From positions 1 to 64,000 of the IMG/VR virus record IMGVR_UViG_3300011442_000009: 64,000 nucleotides of DNA, one strand, 5' to 3'. The stretch comes from a virus. Its lineage: Duplodnaviria; Caudoviricetes. Within the stretch, counting starts at the first letter, position 1, and the number at the start of each line of letters is the position of its first letter. The position numbers and the translations under genes are program-made. The notes below the pieces were generated by a model. It did no database searches. It had not been told where the DNA came from and saw only the letters and a program-made list of their open reading frames with translations. Positions 44,766-53,587 of the stretch are shown here, one piece after another.

Positions 44766-45587
44766 TTGTTTCAAAAGGTGCCAAAGCGCTACTCCAGCCG
44801 GGAGGGTCTGGGTGTCCGCAGGATCGTCCACATACCCCAGATCGGTGCCGTAGATCTCACCGGCGGCTCGAGGGTTCACGCCGTCGCCGGGAGTAACCTG
44901 ATCGACCGGCGTCGTCCCGGCGTCTTTCGTCGCTTGGGAGATCGTACGGCCATAAAACTGCGGAGAGGTGGACCCAAGCAGGATCCAGCCGGGATTGTGA
45001 TCCAGAGCGTCCTGCAGAGTCGAAAAAATGACTGCCTTGATGTCACCGGGCACGCCGGAGTACGTTCTCCACTGACCGCGCTCAAACCAAAGCTGCACGT
45101 TGATCGTGGTGTCGTAGAACATCGTACCTTCTCCCGGGGAGACGGGGCGCTCTGCAGTGGTGCCGAGACCGTTGGCTGCCAGAAAGGCAACCCACGCGGA
45201 GCCATTCCACAGTGCCCAGTATAGGGCACTGCCGTACGTCGGATCGACGTCAGAGGCGTCCTGTGTGGTCTTGAGCCATAGAGGCGGGTTCGTGCCGGTC
45301 GGAAGCGAGGACCCGATCCAGTACGGTGCAGTGATCGACGGCGAAACATCCAGAGGAACGTAGTCATTGACAGAAGCGTCCCAAACGTACCACTGGGTGC
45401 CGCCCTTCAACCATGGCCCCACATTGGAAGTAGGCTTCGTGTCGCCGGTGAAGATGAAAGAGCTCCCGTCGGGGGAAAGGATTTTCATTCTCGCCAGCAT
45501 CTGGTTCGCGAGATCTTGGGGGGTACCCCGGAACGTCGCGGGCAAGGCCCCCATCTGGATTGTTAAGTTGGTTGATTTCAAGCTCAT
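44763..45587 (-). CDS. putative tail/fibre-associated protein
   Basis: Trp-rich short beta repeats (WYVWDAS, LWLKT, WNGSAW, TAERPVSP.EG.MFYDT) typical of fibre proteins. Confidence 0.55.
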   Translation of the reverse strand: MSLKSTNLTIQMGALPATFRGTPQDLANQMLARMKILSPDGSSFIFTGDTKPTSNVGPWLKGGTQWYVWDASVNDYVPLDVSPSITAPYWIGSSLPTGTNPPLWLKTTQDASDVDPTYGSALYWALWNGSAWVAFLAANGLGTTAERPVSPGEGTMFYDTTINVQLWFERGQWRTYSGVPGDIKAVIFSTLQDALDHNPGWILLGSTSPQFYGRTISQATKDAGTTPVDQVTPGDGVNPRAAGEIYGTDLGYVDDPADTQTLPAGVALWHLLKQ

Positions 45588-45593
45588 AATTTT

Positions 45594-46769
45594 CTATGCT
45601 ACACAATCGATTAAACACCACTTGGGCCGCAAGTAACCCTCCACAAGGGACAGGAGATCGCTATCAGAGACTCCGGTATCGAACAGAAATACTTCTCCGA
45701 AATTTCCGTTCAGCGGATGGTTCTGCACTCCCGCAACGTAGCCGCCCAAGCGCGTGAAGGTGTGAAAACAAGCGTCCGAAACCGATCCCAAATTCATTCC
45801 GTTATTGAAAAACGTCAACGTATTGCCGATGCGGCGGAAAATCGCCACGTTGGCGTTTCCAGAAAAGCTTCCTCCGTCTTCGCAAGCATCCGAAGGTGAC
45901 GCCGTCGACCCACAAAATTCTCCGTCTTTTTTGTAGCTTCCACCCTCCGCATAAACCACGTCTGCGACTCGGGGGAACGGAACTTCGGTCCCTAGAAATA
46001 CGTTAAGCACTCCAGTGGGAGCCGACTTGTACAGAAATACGAGAGTGAAGTTCCCGGGGGTAGTGAATGTGGGGATCTCAAAACTTCCGTTATCTCCAAT
46101 TCCGCATTGTATGCTTGGCAATCCGGGACCGGTGAAAACCGCACCGGGGGCTCGATAGAGTGGCTGAGGCTGACCAGTTGTCGCGTGCCGACCGTTGCCG
46201 CTCTGGTCCTCCCAGACTAACCCGGGTCCGCCGACCGCGGTATTGTCCGCCATCACCGGAAAGCTATCCGCTTTCCACCATGCCCACGGAGTAAGACTGG
46301 CCGGATCAAACGGCATCGGACCGCACGCGCCTTCCGGTATGGGAGGACCCACTGGACAAAAGTGAATGGGATCACATGCCGGGCTATCCCCCGCCGGAGT
46401 GATCGCAGATACGATGATACTCTCGCAATCAATCGGGAGAACTGAGACCGGGATGTTGGAGTGCGTCAAAACAAAGTTCATGGGGTCCGTATCGGACGCA
46501 GAGTAGACGTTGTATCCCGTCGCTTCCGGGTACGGATCCCATGTAAAATCCGAGGCCGACTCAGTCGTGTTTACCAGATAATAATTCGCGCACGGAAGAT
46601 TGCTGGGGGGAATCGGGGGAGTCGGACCGGAAGCTTGGCACACCGGATCACAGAAGGGAGTTTCTCCCGCACCGGTGACCGCAGTCACAACAAAGCAGCC
46701 GCGCCCAACCGGAAGGCGTCCTTGCCTTGCCACGCAGCTCTGGATAGGAATATAGACTCTATTTGCCAT
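45594..46769 (-). CDS. virion protein with FN3-like and LamG/concanavalin-like domains
   Basis: FTWDPYPEATGYNVY; WWKADS...WEDQSGNGRHA...GNFGEVFLFDTGVSD. Confidence 0.7.
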   Translation of the reverse strand: MANRVYIPIQSCVARQGRLPVGRGCFVVTAVTGAGETPFCDPVCQASGPTPPIPPSNLPCANYYLVNTTESASDFTWDPYPEATGYNVYSASDTDPMNFVLTHSNIPVSVLPIDCESIIVSAITPAGDSPACDPIHFCPVGPPIPEGACGPMPFDPASLTPWAWWKADSFPVMADNTAVGGPGLVWEDQSGNGRHATTGQPQPLYRAPGAVFTGPGLPSIQCGIGDNGSFEIPTFTTPGNFTLVFLYKSAPTGVLNVFLGTEVPFPRVADVVYAEGGSYKKDGEFCGSTASPSDACEDGGSFSGNANVAIFRRIGNTLTFFNNGMNLGSVSDACFHTFTRLGGYVAGVQNHPLNGNFGEVFLFDTGVSDSDLLSLVEGYLRPKWCLIDCVA

Positions 46770-46773
46770 AAAA

Positions 46774-48330
46774 TTATGCGTATCCGCCGCCGAAGGCTAC
46801 ACGTAGTGCTTGGATCGCGTTGTAGAATGCTTGCGCCTCTGCCGCAGAAAGTCCGGTGTGGATCGCAAAAAAGCTGTGTCGAGTGGTGACCACATCGGAA
46901 GCAACTCCTCCGCTATTCGTGCTAAAAGCGTATATTTCCAGAGGAGCGTTCGCGCGAGTGCCTATAGAAGACTGCGTTGTACTGCTGAGCACCGAACTAA
47001 ACGCCGCGATGGAGCTGGCTCGATATACTGCCGCGGAAGTCGCGTTAGTTCTATTGCCGCTTATGAAACCGGCCTCCGCGGGCATCCCGCCGATCAACCG
47101 TCCTCCTACGGCGTTCCAGCAATCGAAAATTACTAGGCTGATGTAGTCCATCGCCAAAATAAAATTGGCGGTTCCGCAGCCGATTTTTTGCTCTGCGGTA
47201 GATACGGGTCTGTAGTACGTCAATCCGGCAGAGTTGTCTCCGGCATAGTCCGAGGCCGGTATGACGCCCGACTTTAAATATTTGGTTCCATCACTGATGA
47301 GACCGTTTACCGTGAGATCTCCAGAAAGGAATCCCATGTTAGTCCACGGCGTATTCCCGGCGGTCTTAGTGATAGGAGTGATCGCCGCGATCAAATTGTC
47401 GGGAGCCATGACCACTACCGAGATCATTTTCGTATGGATCCCCGCAGAAATGAGCGAAGTCCAGAAAGTGCTAACCGCGGATTTCGATCCGCTGGACGGG
47501 GCCGCGCCGCCGTTCGTCACAACCTGATTTGACCAAGTATACGCGAGGTAATCCCCGGCTGAGAGCACTGTGAGAACCGCAGCGTCGCTCAACACGGAAC
47601 CGGCGGCATTAGTAACCAAAACGGTATACGAACCCGTATCTCCCAGCGCGGGGGACGCGAAGGTAAGAGTACTTCCGGTTTCTCCGCCGATATCCACTCC
47701 CGCCTTTTTCCATTGGTAGGTAAGCGGGGCGGTTCCTGTTGCAGTTACTGAGAGAACCGTGGCCGTGCCCACTTCCACCGTCTGGGATTGCGGCTGAACG
47801 GTAATCGTCGGAGCGATAATCGCTGGATTTACCACTAGCGAGACGGTATCGCTGACAACGGTCCCCGCTTCGTTTGTAATGATAACCCGGTAATCTCCGG
47901 AATCGGAAGGAACCGCATTCGAAATAGAAAATGAACTTGAAGTCGCTCCGGGGATGTCGACGCCGTTCTTCTGCCACTGGTATGCGAGCGGCGCAGTTCC
48001 GGATGCAGTGACTGAGAAAAGTGCCGTTTCTCCTTCGTCAAGGACTTCCGATTCCGGCTGCCCGGTAACCTCTGGAGAAACCGGGGGCACCGGGGGCTCA
48101 ATAAACGGAGTCATGTACACGTTATAGCAAACCGCTCCGGGGTATTCGTCCCACGTCAGGAACCCATCCTCTGTTATGCGATACTGGACGCACGCGAGAG
48201 GATTGACTGGCTCGATTGAGACCGAGGGAGAGCCGGAACTTGTGGGGACGAATTGCACTCCGCAGATCGGAGGGCACACGTAATGGATCTTCGGACGCCG
48301 GGCGTACAAATTGTCAAGTAAGACGTTCAT
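46774..48330 (-). CDS. virion protein with two immunoglobulin-like (I-set) domains
   Basis: Two repeats P..T.QP.S..V..G....FSVTA.GTAPL.YQW.K.G.DI.G.T.S...D.G.Y.V.ITN.AG.V.S...L.V. Confidence 0.85.
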   Translation of the reverse strand: MNVLLDNLYARRPKIHYVCPPICGVQFVPTSSGSPSVSIEPVNPLACVQYRITEDGFLTWDEYPGAVCYNVYMTPFIEPPVPPVSPEVTGQPESEVLDEGETALFSVTASGTAPLAYQWQKNGVDIPGATSSSFSISNAVPSDSGDYRVIITNEAGTVVSDTVSLVVNPAIIAPTITVQPQSQTVEVGTATVLSVTATGTAPLTYQWKKAGVDIGGETGSTLTFASPALGDTGSYTVLVTNAAGSVLSDAAVLTVLSAGDYLAYTWSNQVVTNGGAAPSSGSKSAVSTFWTSLISAGIHTKMISVVVMAPDNLIAAITPITKTAGNTPWTNMGFLSGDLTVNGLISDGTKYLKSGVIPASDYAGDNSAGLTYYRPVSTAEQKIGCGTANFILAMDYISLVIFDCWNAVGGRLIGGMPAEAGFISGNRTNATSAAVYRASSIAAFSSVLSSTTQSSIGTRANAPLEIYAFSTNSGGVASDVVTTRHSFFAIHTGLSAAEAQAFYNAIQALRVAFGGGYA

Positions 48331-50369
48331 TAGTCGAGTCCCACACCGGTTGAATAGCTAGCAGGCTGAACCGCGGATAATTCCTGCTCCGCGAATTTCG
48401 TTGCGATAATTTTTGCCACACGATCCGCCGCGCGTTGGGACACAATACTCTCGGCTACTCCGGCACCCGTCGCTACAAAACCGTTCTGCTCGAGTGTTGC
48501 AGTTGCCACTGCCAAAAAATGATTCTCGGGGGCGTTAGCTAGGCCCGCTACTAGTTCCGGATACGTATCCGCTTTCACGGCCTCGCCATCATAGCGCACC
48601 GCGCGTTTGCCTTCTTCGTCCTCGCAGGCTTTCGGATTGCCATCGAGATCAGGATTCTCCAGAATCGAGACTGGGCGAATCCATCGGATCGTAGCTGGGC
48701 CATGCCCAGATATGAGGATCTGGAAATTCGTATCGATATTGTCCCGCTCGCTCTTTTCGACTGGACACGCGCCGCTCTGAGTAGCGGTCTGCTCGTCGGC
48801 ATCCTGAGTCCTCACTGTGCGAGACTGCGGCTTGAAAGAAAAGATCTGCGAGTCGAGATCTATGGGCAAATCGTAGGATAGACTCCCGCGCTCTGCGTTC
48901 AATTTCGTCACTAGAAATGGTTCAAAGGACCCGCTCATTCCACCGGCGTAGAACGCGCCGAGATCTAAATCTTCCTCGATTGCGCTTAGCGCGACGTCGA
49001 CCCATTTGAGTCGGCACTTGCTTCCGGGAGGTTTTGCTTGAACCGCGGCCGTCTGTCCGAAATAACCGCGAGTAAAGATCGCCCACGCGATAGGACAACC
49101 GTTGTCGAGCCGGTTTGGCTGGAAGGTTTCCCAGAGGCGATTTTTTCCGTCTTCGTCGTGTGCAACGTGAAAGGCTCTTTCTACTCCGCCGACTTGCCCG
49201 CACATCCACTGAACCGGCCGGGTGCCGAGCCAGTAGCCGTTCCAGCACGGACCAGAGTCGTCTGACATGCTGGTGAAGCTGGCGTTGTTTATGATCCACG
49301 TAGTGCGGTTGTACGTATCCTCTGAAGGCAGAGAAAGCATGATGAACTGACCGAACTTGCCGGAGGCCGCAAAAGAGAGATCATCGCTCAAACGGCTTTT
49401 GTCCTCGAGCATTTCGGAATCCCGAATCGGGAGCCGGGTCGTCAGCTTGGCCGAAGTAGCCGGATCGTAAATTGCCACGCCAGCCGGAGAGTACCAAATC
49501 AATTTTCCAAAGTGAGAGATAACCGATCTGTGGGACCAGCAGCCGACCTGAATAATTTCCTCTTGAAAATTGATGGTCGTAGGCCAGAGGCTGCGATCCC
49601 GGATGCTCGCCTGAACGAGGGATCCATTGGCCTGCGTGAACACCATGAGCTGCGGCGCTTCTGCCGCGGGAGTGCGAGACATCGCAGTAATCTTTCCGAT
49701 GAATCGAAAGCTGGATTGCCCGCCAAGATAAACATTTTCCCGGAAAGAAAACGGGTTCGAGTTGTCGCTCGCGAAAAGCTCGTCGTCCACTGCGACCCAG
49801 AGACGATCTCCTACCCAAACCATCGGCCCGCCTGACGGAGTGCCGTACAGGTTTCCTTTGATGTGCCCGGCATTCAGACCGTCGTACCAACCGGGGGCTG
49901 TCTCGCTACCGTCTTGGATCATCAGGACCGCCTTACTGGGAATTACCTCAATCGCCGATCCGAGATCGGTAGTCAGGCGCTGCGCGGACTGTAAAGTCTG
50001 CTCGAAAAATACTTCACCGGCGTACGGAGAAAACTGGAGGCCCGGGATTTTCGTGAATGTGGTAAACGGCCACAGGCTCTGGTAGATCTCACCGTTGACC
50101 GCGACCACCGCGATCTCAGCTCCTATGAGGGGCCGGAAAATAAACCCGCCTTGGAGGTTGCCATCTGGTAGCGTCGCCCAACACTTATATCCGGGACGGC
50201 AGGACCAGAGCCCGCCGATGTTCGTCATGTTGATCACCTGCCAAGCGTACCCTTGCGGGAGCTGGGCGGGATCCATGTCTGAGCGCACGCCAGAAGGCCA
50301 GCTCGAGTCCATATCGAGCAGCCTCGTCCCGGCAATGACCGTATCGAACGTAGTTGCAGCGGAAGCCAT
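48330..50369 (-). CDS. putative tail tubular B/stabilisation (nozzle) protein
   Basis: 679 aa, beta-propeller-like, in the canonical position after the adaptor. Confidence 0.55.
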   Translation of the reverse strand: MASAATTFDTVIAGTRLLDMDSSWPSGVRSDMDPAQLPQGYAWQVINMTNIGGLWSCRPGYKCWATLPDGNLQGGFIFRPLIGAEIAVVAVNGEIYQSLWPFTTFTKIPGLQFSPYAGEVFFEQTLQSAQRLTTDLGSAIEVIPSKAVLMIQDGSETAPGWYDGLNAGHIKGNLYGTPSGGPMVWVGDRLWVAVDDELFASDNSNPFSFRENVYLGGQSSFRFIGKITAMSRTPAAEAPQLMVFTQANGSLVQASIRDRSLWPTTINFQEEIIQVGCWSHRSVISHFGKLIWYSPAGVAIYDPATSAKLTTRLPIRDSEMLEDKSRLSDDLSFAASGKFGQFIMLSLPSEDTYNRTTWIINNASFTSMSDDSGPCWNGYWLGTRPVQWMCGQVGGVERAFHVAHDEDGKNRLWETFQPNRLDNGCPIAWAIFTRGYFGQTAAVQAKPPGSKCRLKWVDVALSAIEEDLDLGAFYAGGMSGSFEPFLVTKLNAERGSLSYDLPIDLDSQIFSFKPQSRTVRTQDADEQTATQSGACPVEKSERDNIDTNFQILISGHGPATIRWIRPVSILENPDLDGNPKACEDEEGKRAVRYDGEAVKADTYPELVAGLANAPENHFLAVATATLEQNGFVATGAGVAESIVSQRAADRVAKIIATKFAEQELSAVQPASYSTGVGLD

Positions 50370-50370
50370 T

Positions 50371-51378
50371 TTATCGTATGTCGTAGTCGTACTTATCCCG
50401 AGGGCTGTTCCAATCCAAGATTTGAGGCGGCATGTACGTCGGCGGCTCCAGCTTCAATTGCGCCTCGAGCTCCAGCCGGGCCGCATTGGCTTCGAATTGC
50501 TGCCCATTGGCAAGCTGCTGCTCGCTGTAGAGCTTCCGCGCGCGGAGCGCCATGAGGAACGCCACTCTGCTGCTCATCGGAATGTGATCCCAACGAGAAC
50601 GAAATTCATTGATCGATTTGATGTACGCGATACGCACCCAAGAGCAGGACCTGTTTAAACGTATCCTTCGGTACTGGGGCAAAGTCTCGTCGGGTTCGTA
50701 AACGCCGAGGAGCAGCCCGGGGCTGTTCGTGCTGCCGTCATCGATTGTGGAGAGCCGGATCTGTCCAACAGAAAGACCCTTCTGGACGCTGGTGATCCTC
50801 GCCACGATTGGCGCGGTGTCATCGGGGACTGCAACGCCGTAGATCGTCGGCACTCGGTACCCGTTCAGCCAGACGCCATTTTCCAGACGCCGAAGAACAT
50901 TGCCGTTGCTGTCGTACCCGAAAACGATCAAAGCCACTCCATTGTCCGCCGGTGTCGCGGTATACGCTACGAGCTTCGCCGGTGTGATAAGGTCCCGGTA
51001 GGTCGGCCAGCCGTATCCCTTGTCGTCGTACGACCATTCGCAGACCGTACGGCAAGAGCCGGTGCCGTTCAAATGGAATTCGAAAAGTTGGCTGCGGCCT
51101 AAGAGAGGTTGACCGCCGATGTTCACCCCAATAACTGTCAGAACCTCTCTCGGGAGGGAGAGGCATCTGCGACCGCAGCCGGAGGAGTTGCCGCAATTCA
51201 TTCCGCTCTGACAAGAGCAGCCCACCGTGCAGATATCCGCCCAGCCCTTAATGCCCTCTAGATCCTCTTTGTTCGCGACAAGAGAGACCGCGTCTCCGAC
51301 CCAGCGCAAAAGCTTGGCATCGTCACAGGTGCCGATGACCTGCTTGGCGTCTTCCCAGATCGAGTCTACGGTGAACAT
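50371..51378 (-). CDS. putative head-tail adaptor/tail tubular A-like protein
   Basis: Helical N- and C-termini flanking a beta insert; position upstream of the nozzle-like gene. Confidence 0.45.
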   Translation of the reverse strand: MFTVDSIWEDAKQVIGTCDDAKLLRWVGDAVSLVANKEDLEGIKGWADICTVGCSCQSGMNCGNSSGCGRRCLSLPREVLTVIGVNIGGQPLLGRSQLFEFHLNGTGSCRTVCEWSYDDKGYGWPTYRDLITPAKLVAYTATPADNGVALIVFGYDSNGNVLRRLENGVWLNGYRVPTIYGVAVPDDTAPIVARITSVQKGLSVGQIRLSTIDDGSTNSPGLLLGVYEPDETLPQYRRIRLNRSCSWVRIAYIKSINEFRSRWDHIPMSSRVAFLMALRARKLYSEQQLANGQQFEANAARLELEAQLKLEPPTYMPPQILDWNSPRDKYDYDIR

Positions 51379-51381
51379 ATT

Positions 51382-51720
51382 TTAGTAGGATTCTTTGTCT
51401 TTGCCGAAAGCTTTTGCCAGTGCGTCGAGAGCATCCTCCGCGGAGGTGTCGCGCTTCGAAGGGCGGTTGTCTTTCTCGCCCTTCACTTTTTCAATCGAAA
51501 GAACTTCGACGGTGCATGTGTACCGGCCTTCCCGTACGTCCTCGGTCTCGCGCACAGTCCGGAACTTGATCACCATTTCTCCTTCCTCCGGGAGCTCGAG
51601 CTCCTTGTCGCCGGAGTAAGTAAATTCAGGGTAATAAACACGGTCCCGGTCGTTGATCGGGGTCGCGATGCTGCCGCCGCCAAATTCGCTAGCACGGCCG
51701 AGATCTATTGGAGTACTCAT
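51382..51720 (-). CDS. hypothetical late protein
   Basis: 112 aa; ATG lies 8 nt after CGACTGT. Confidence 0.7.
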   Translation of the reverse strand: MSTPIDLGRASEFGGGSIATPINDRDRVYYPEFTYSGDKELELPEEGEMVIKFRTVRETEDVREGRYTCTVEVLSIEKVKGEKDNRPSKRDTSAEDALDALAKAFGKDKESY

Positions 51721-51724
51721 AGTA

Positions 51725-51765
51725 TAGAACAGTCGGAGGTTACCGTATCTCGCGCCAGTTAAAAG
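51725..51765. repeat. 41-bp direct repeat, copy 1 (contains late-promoter motif 51729..51757)
   Basis: 37/41 identical to 53364..53404. Confidence 0.85.
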
Positions 51766-53341
51766 TAGCCATCGCCGCGGTCGTCCCGCCGATCCCAGTA
51801 ACCAACAAGGAAAGAGTGCCTAGAGAACGCGCCACCCCGGCGGCGTCCAGTGTAATCGGATATCTATTGTTCAGCGACACGGAGGGAGCGCTTCGACTGC
51901 CTCCATTGGCCGCGACATACCCACTTTGGAGAACAATAGATGGGGAACCGCTGATCGTCCCGGCAGTGTTAAACTCCGTCGTCGAGTAGCCCGTATTCAC
52001 GTTAGTGAATGCGGTAGTGCCGCTTATCGCCTGCCCCAGCACAAGTTCCCACTGAATTGGTCGGTCTCCGGTGCCGGTAATCTCTATCGATTCCAGTACG
52101 AACTTAGACCGAGTTGTTATAGAATTGAAAGTCGCTCTCGGGCGGACCGAGAGGAGATGCACGCGCGTACCGTTTCCTGCTGTGGCAGCACCGGAGATCG
52201 AAAAGGAGAGCCCGGGTATGTCTTCTTGCCCTCCGTTTGAAGAGACGCTGGCGCATACAAAACGCATCGTGGTCGAGACCGTTCCGGTGCAAGTCATCCC
52301 GGCTCTGATCGGCAGGTTCGCGCTCTGGATGTATGGGAAGGCCACTGTATTCGCATGGCGAAACTCGTGCACCGGAACTATGCGGCCGTCGATGTCAAAA
52401 CCGACGCGAACCCGGCCGGTATACAGCGCTTGAATATCGATGACAAAAATCTGAGCCTTTGTGAGATCGAGAGTCTCGCCGCTAATCCCAGTTCCGTCAA
52501 GTTTGTCGATGTTCCAATTGGCTTTCGTGACTATCTGGTTGCCGTTTCCGGTGCCGGACAGCAGGGCCAACTGAACCGTAGTGCCGTCCTGCTGGAGCTC
52601 TACCCCGTTCACCCCGTCGGAGTATCCTATAAACTTCAAGGTGTTCACCACGGCCTCTATAAAATTGAACGTAACAAAAACCTCGAGAGACCTGCCCGGC
52701 TGATACCGGAAGCACTCGAAGCTTTGAAGAAAAGATTTACCTCCGGTCGGCGTGCTCGCAAAGGTCATGAGCGCGCTTCGGTTCGTGGAATCGTGGGCCA
52801 CGGTCGCGCCGGTCCCGAGAACTATTGTCTCATACACGAGAGGCGGGATCTCGTAAGTGAGTTGAGAATCGAAAACATACGTTGGAGTCGCTACTCTGAG
52901 CCGAGAGAACGCGTCGAGCGTGTCCGGAATGGTAACCGTGACCGGGTCGGTTATGTGGCTAATCGGCACCTCTGCGGCAATCGATACTGGGACCGTTCCG
53001 GCTATCGATACCGGGGCCGCTACCGACACCGGGACCGTTCCGGCTATTGATACCGGGGTCGCGATGCTGCTAACCGCGACCGGATTCGTGATGCTACTCA
53101 CTGCGACTGTTCCGCCCACCGTAGCCAAAATCGGTTGCGGAAACGATACCGGCAGCGGAGCATCGGCCGTTACGTGCCACAGAGCCCCGGATGGATCCGG
53201 GAAAACTCCCAGAGGCTGGGTGATGTTTACGTTATCGAAGTGGATTGCGTCAATTGGTATGCCCTCGTTTAAACGCGTTAGAACTTTTCGAAGCAGGTTG
53301 TTGTCTGAATCTGCCTGTTTGTACGTAGTGTCTGTTGCCAT
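51740..53341 (-). CDS. putative virion decoration/fibre protein with Ser/Thr/Val/Pro repeats and a lectin-like domain
   Basis: DAFSRLRV...FRYQPG...WNIDKLDGTG.SG.TLDLTKAQIF.ID...GRVRVGF pattern; 14-aa repeats VSIAGTVPVS. Confidence 0.65.
   Translation of the reverse strand: MATDTTYKQADSDNNLLRKVLTRLNEGIPIDAIHFDNVNITQPLGVFPDPSGALWHVTADAPLPVSFPQPILATVGGTVAVSSITNPVAVSSIATPVSIAGTVPVSVAAPVSIAGTVPVSIAAEVPISHITDPVTVTIPDTLDAFSRLRVATPTYVFDSQLTYEIPPLVYETIVLGTGATVAHDSTNRSALMTFASTPTGGKSFLQSFECFRYQPGRSLEVFVTFNFIEAVVNTLKFIGYSDGVNGVELQQDGTTVQLALLSGTGNGNQIVTKANWNIDKLDGTGISGETLDLTKAQIFVIDIQALYTGRVRVGFDIDGRIVPVHEFRHANTVAFPYIQSANLPIRAGMTCTGTVSTTMRFVCASVSSNGGQEDIPGLSFSISGAATAGNGTRVHLLSVRPRATFNSITTRSKFVLESIEITGTGDRPIQWELVLGQAISGTTAFTNVNTGYSTTEFNTAGTISGSPSIVLQSGYVAANGGSRSAPSVSLNNRYPITLDAAGVARSLGTLSLLVTGIGGTTAAMATFNWREIR
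52989..53058. repeat. 42-bp-period coding duplication
   Basis: gggaccgttccggctat[ct]gataccgggg twice, 27/28 identical. Confidence 0.8.
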
Positions 53342-53363
53342 AACTTACCTTTCCTCCGAGCAT

Positions 53364-53404
53364 TAGAACAGTCGAAGGTTACCGAACCTTGCGCCAGTTA
53401 AAAG
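53364..53404. repeat. 41-bp direct repeat, copy 2 (contains late-promoter motif 53368..53396)
   Basis: 37/41 identical to 51725..51765. Confidence 0.85.
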
Positions 53405-53586
53405 AGAGGAGTGACTTGCGTAGGGACGAGGGTGTCAGGAGGAAGATTCCCGGAATCGTCCGGGTTCGTCACCGCGAGCGTGTAGCCCGGAGGACGAATG
53501 GTCATAGCGCCGCCACGCGTTCCTTCGCAGGGTCCTGCGAGGACGTGATCGACATCTTTGATCAATGGAAAATTGCTACCGTTCAT
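53398..53586 (-). CDS. small hypothetical protein
   Basis: 62 aa; starts 1 nt after the previous stop and has its own promoter-like motif at 53610..53638. Confidence 0.55.
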   Translation of the reverse strand: MNGSNFPLIKDVDHVLAGPCEGTRGGAMTIRPPGYTLAVTNPDDSGNLPPDTLVPTQVTPLF

Positions 53587-53587
53587 T

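Noticed and set aside
51725-53404. 41-bp repeat pair as DGR template/variable repeats
   Set aside because: The repeats are too short, the mismatches are not adenine-specific, and no reverse transcriptase is seen.
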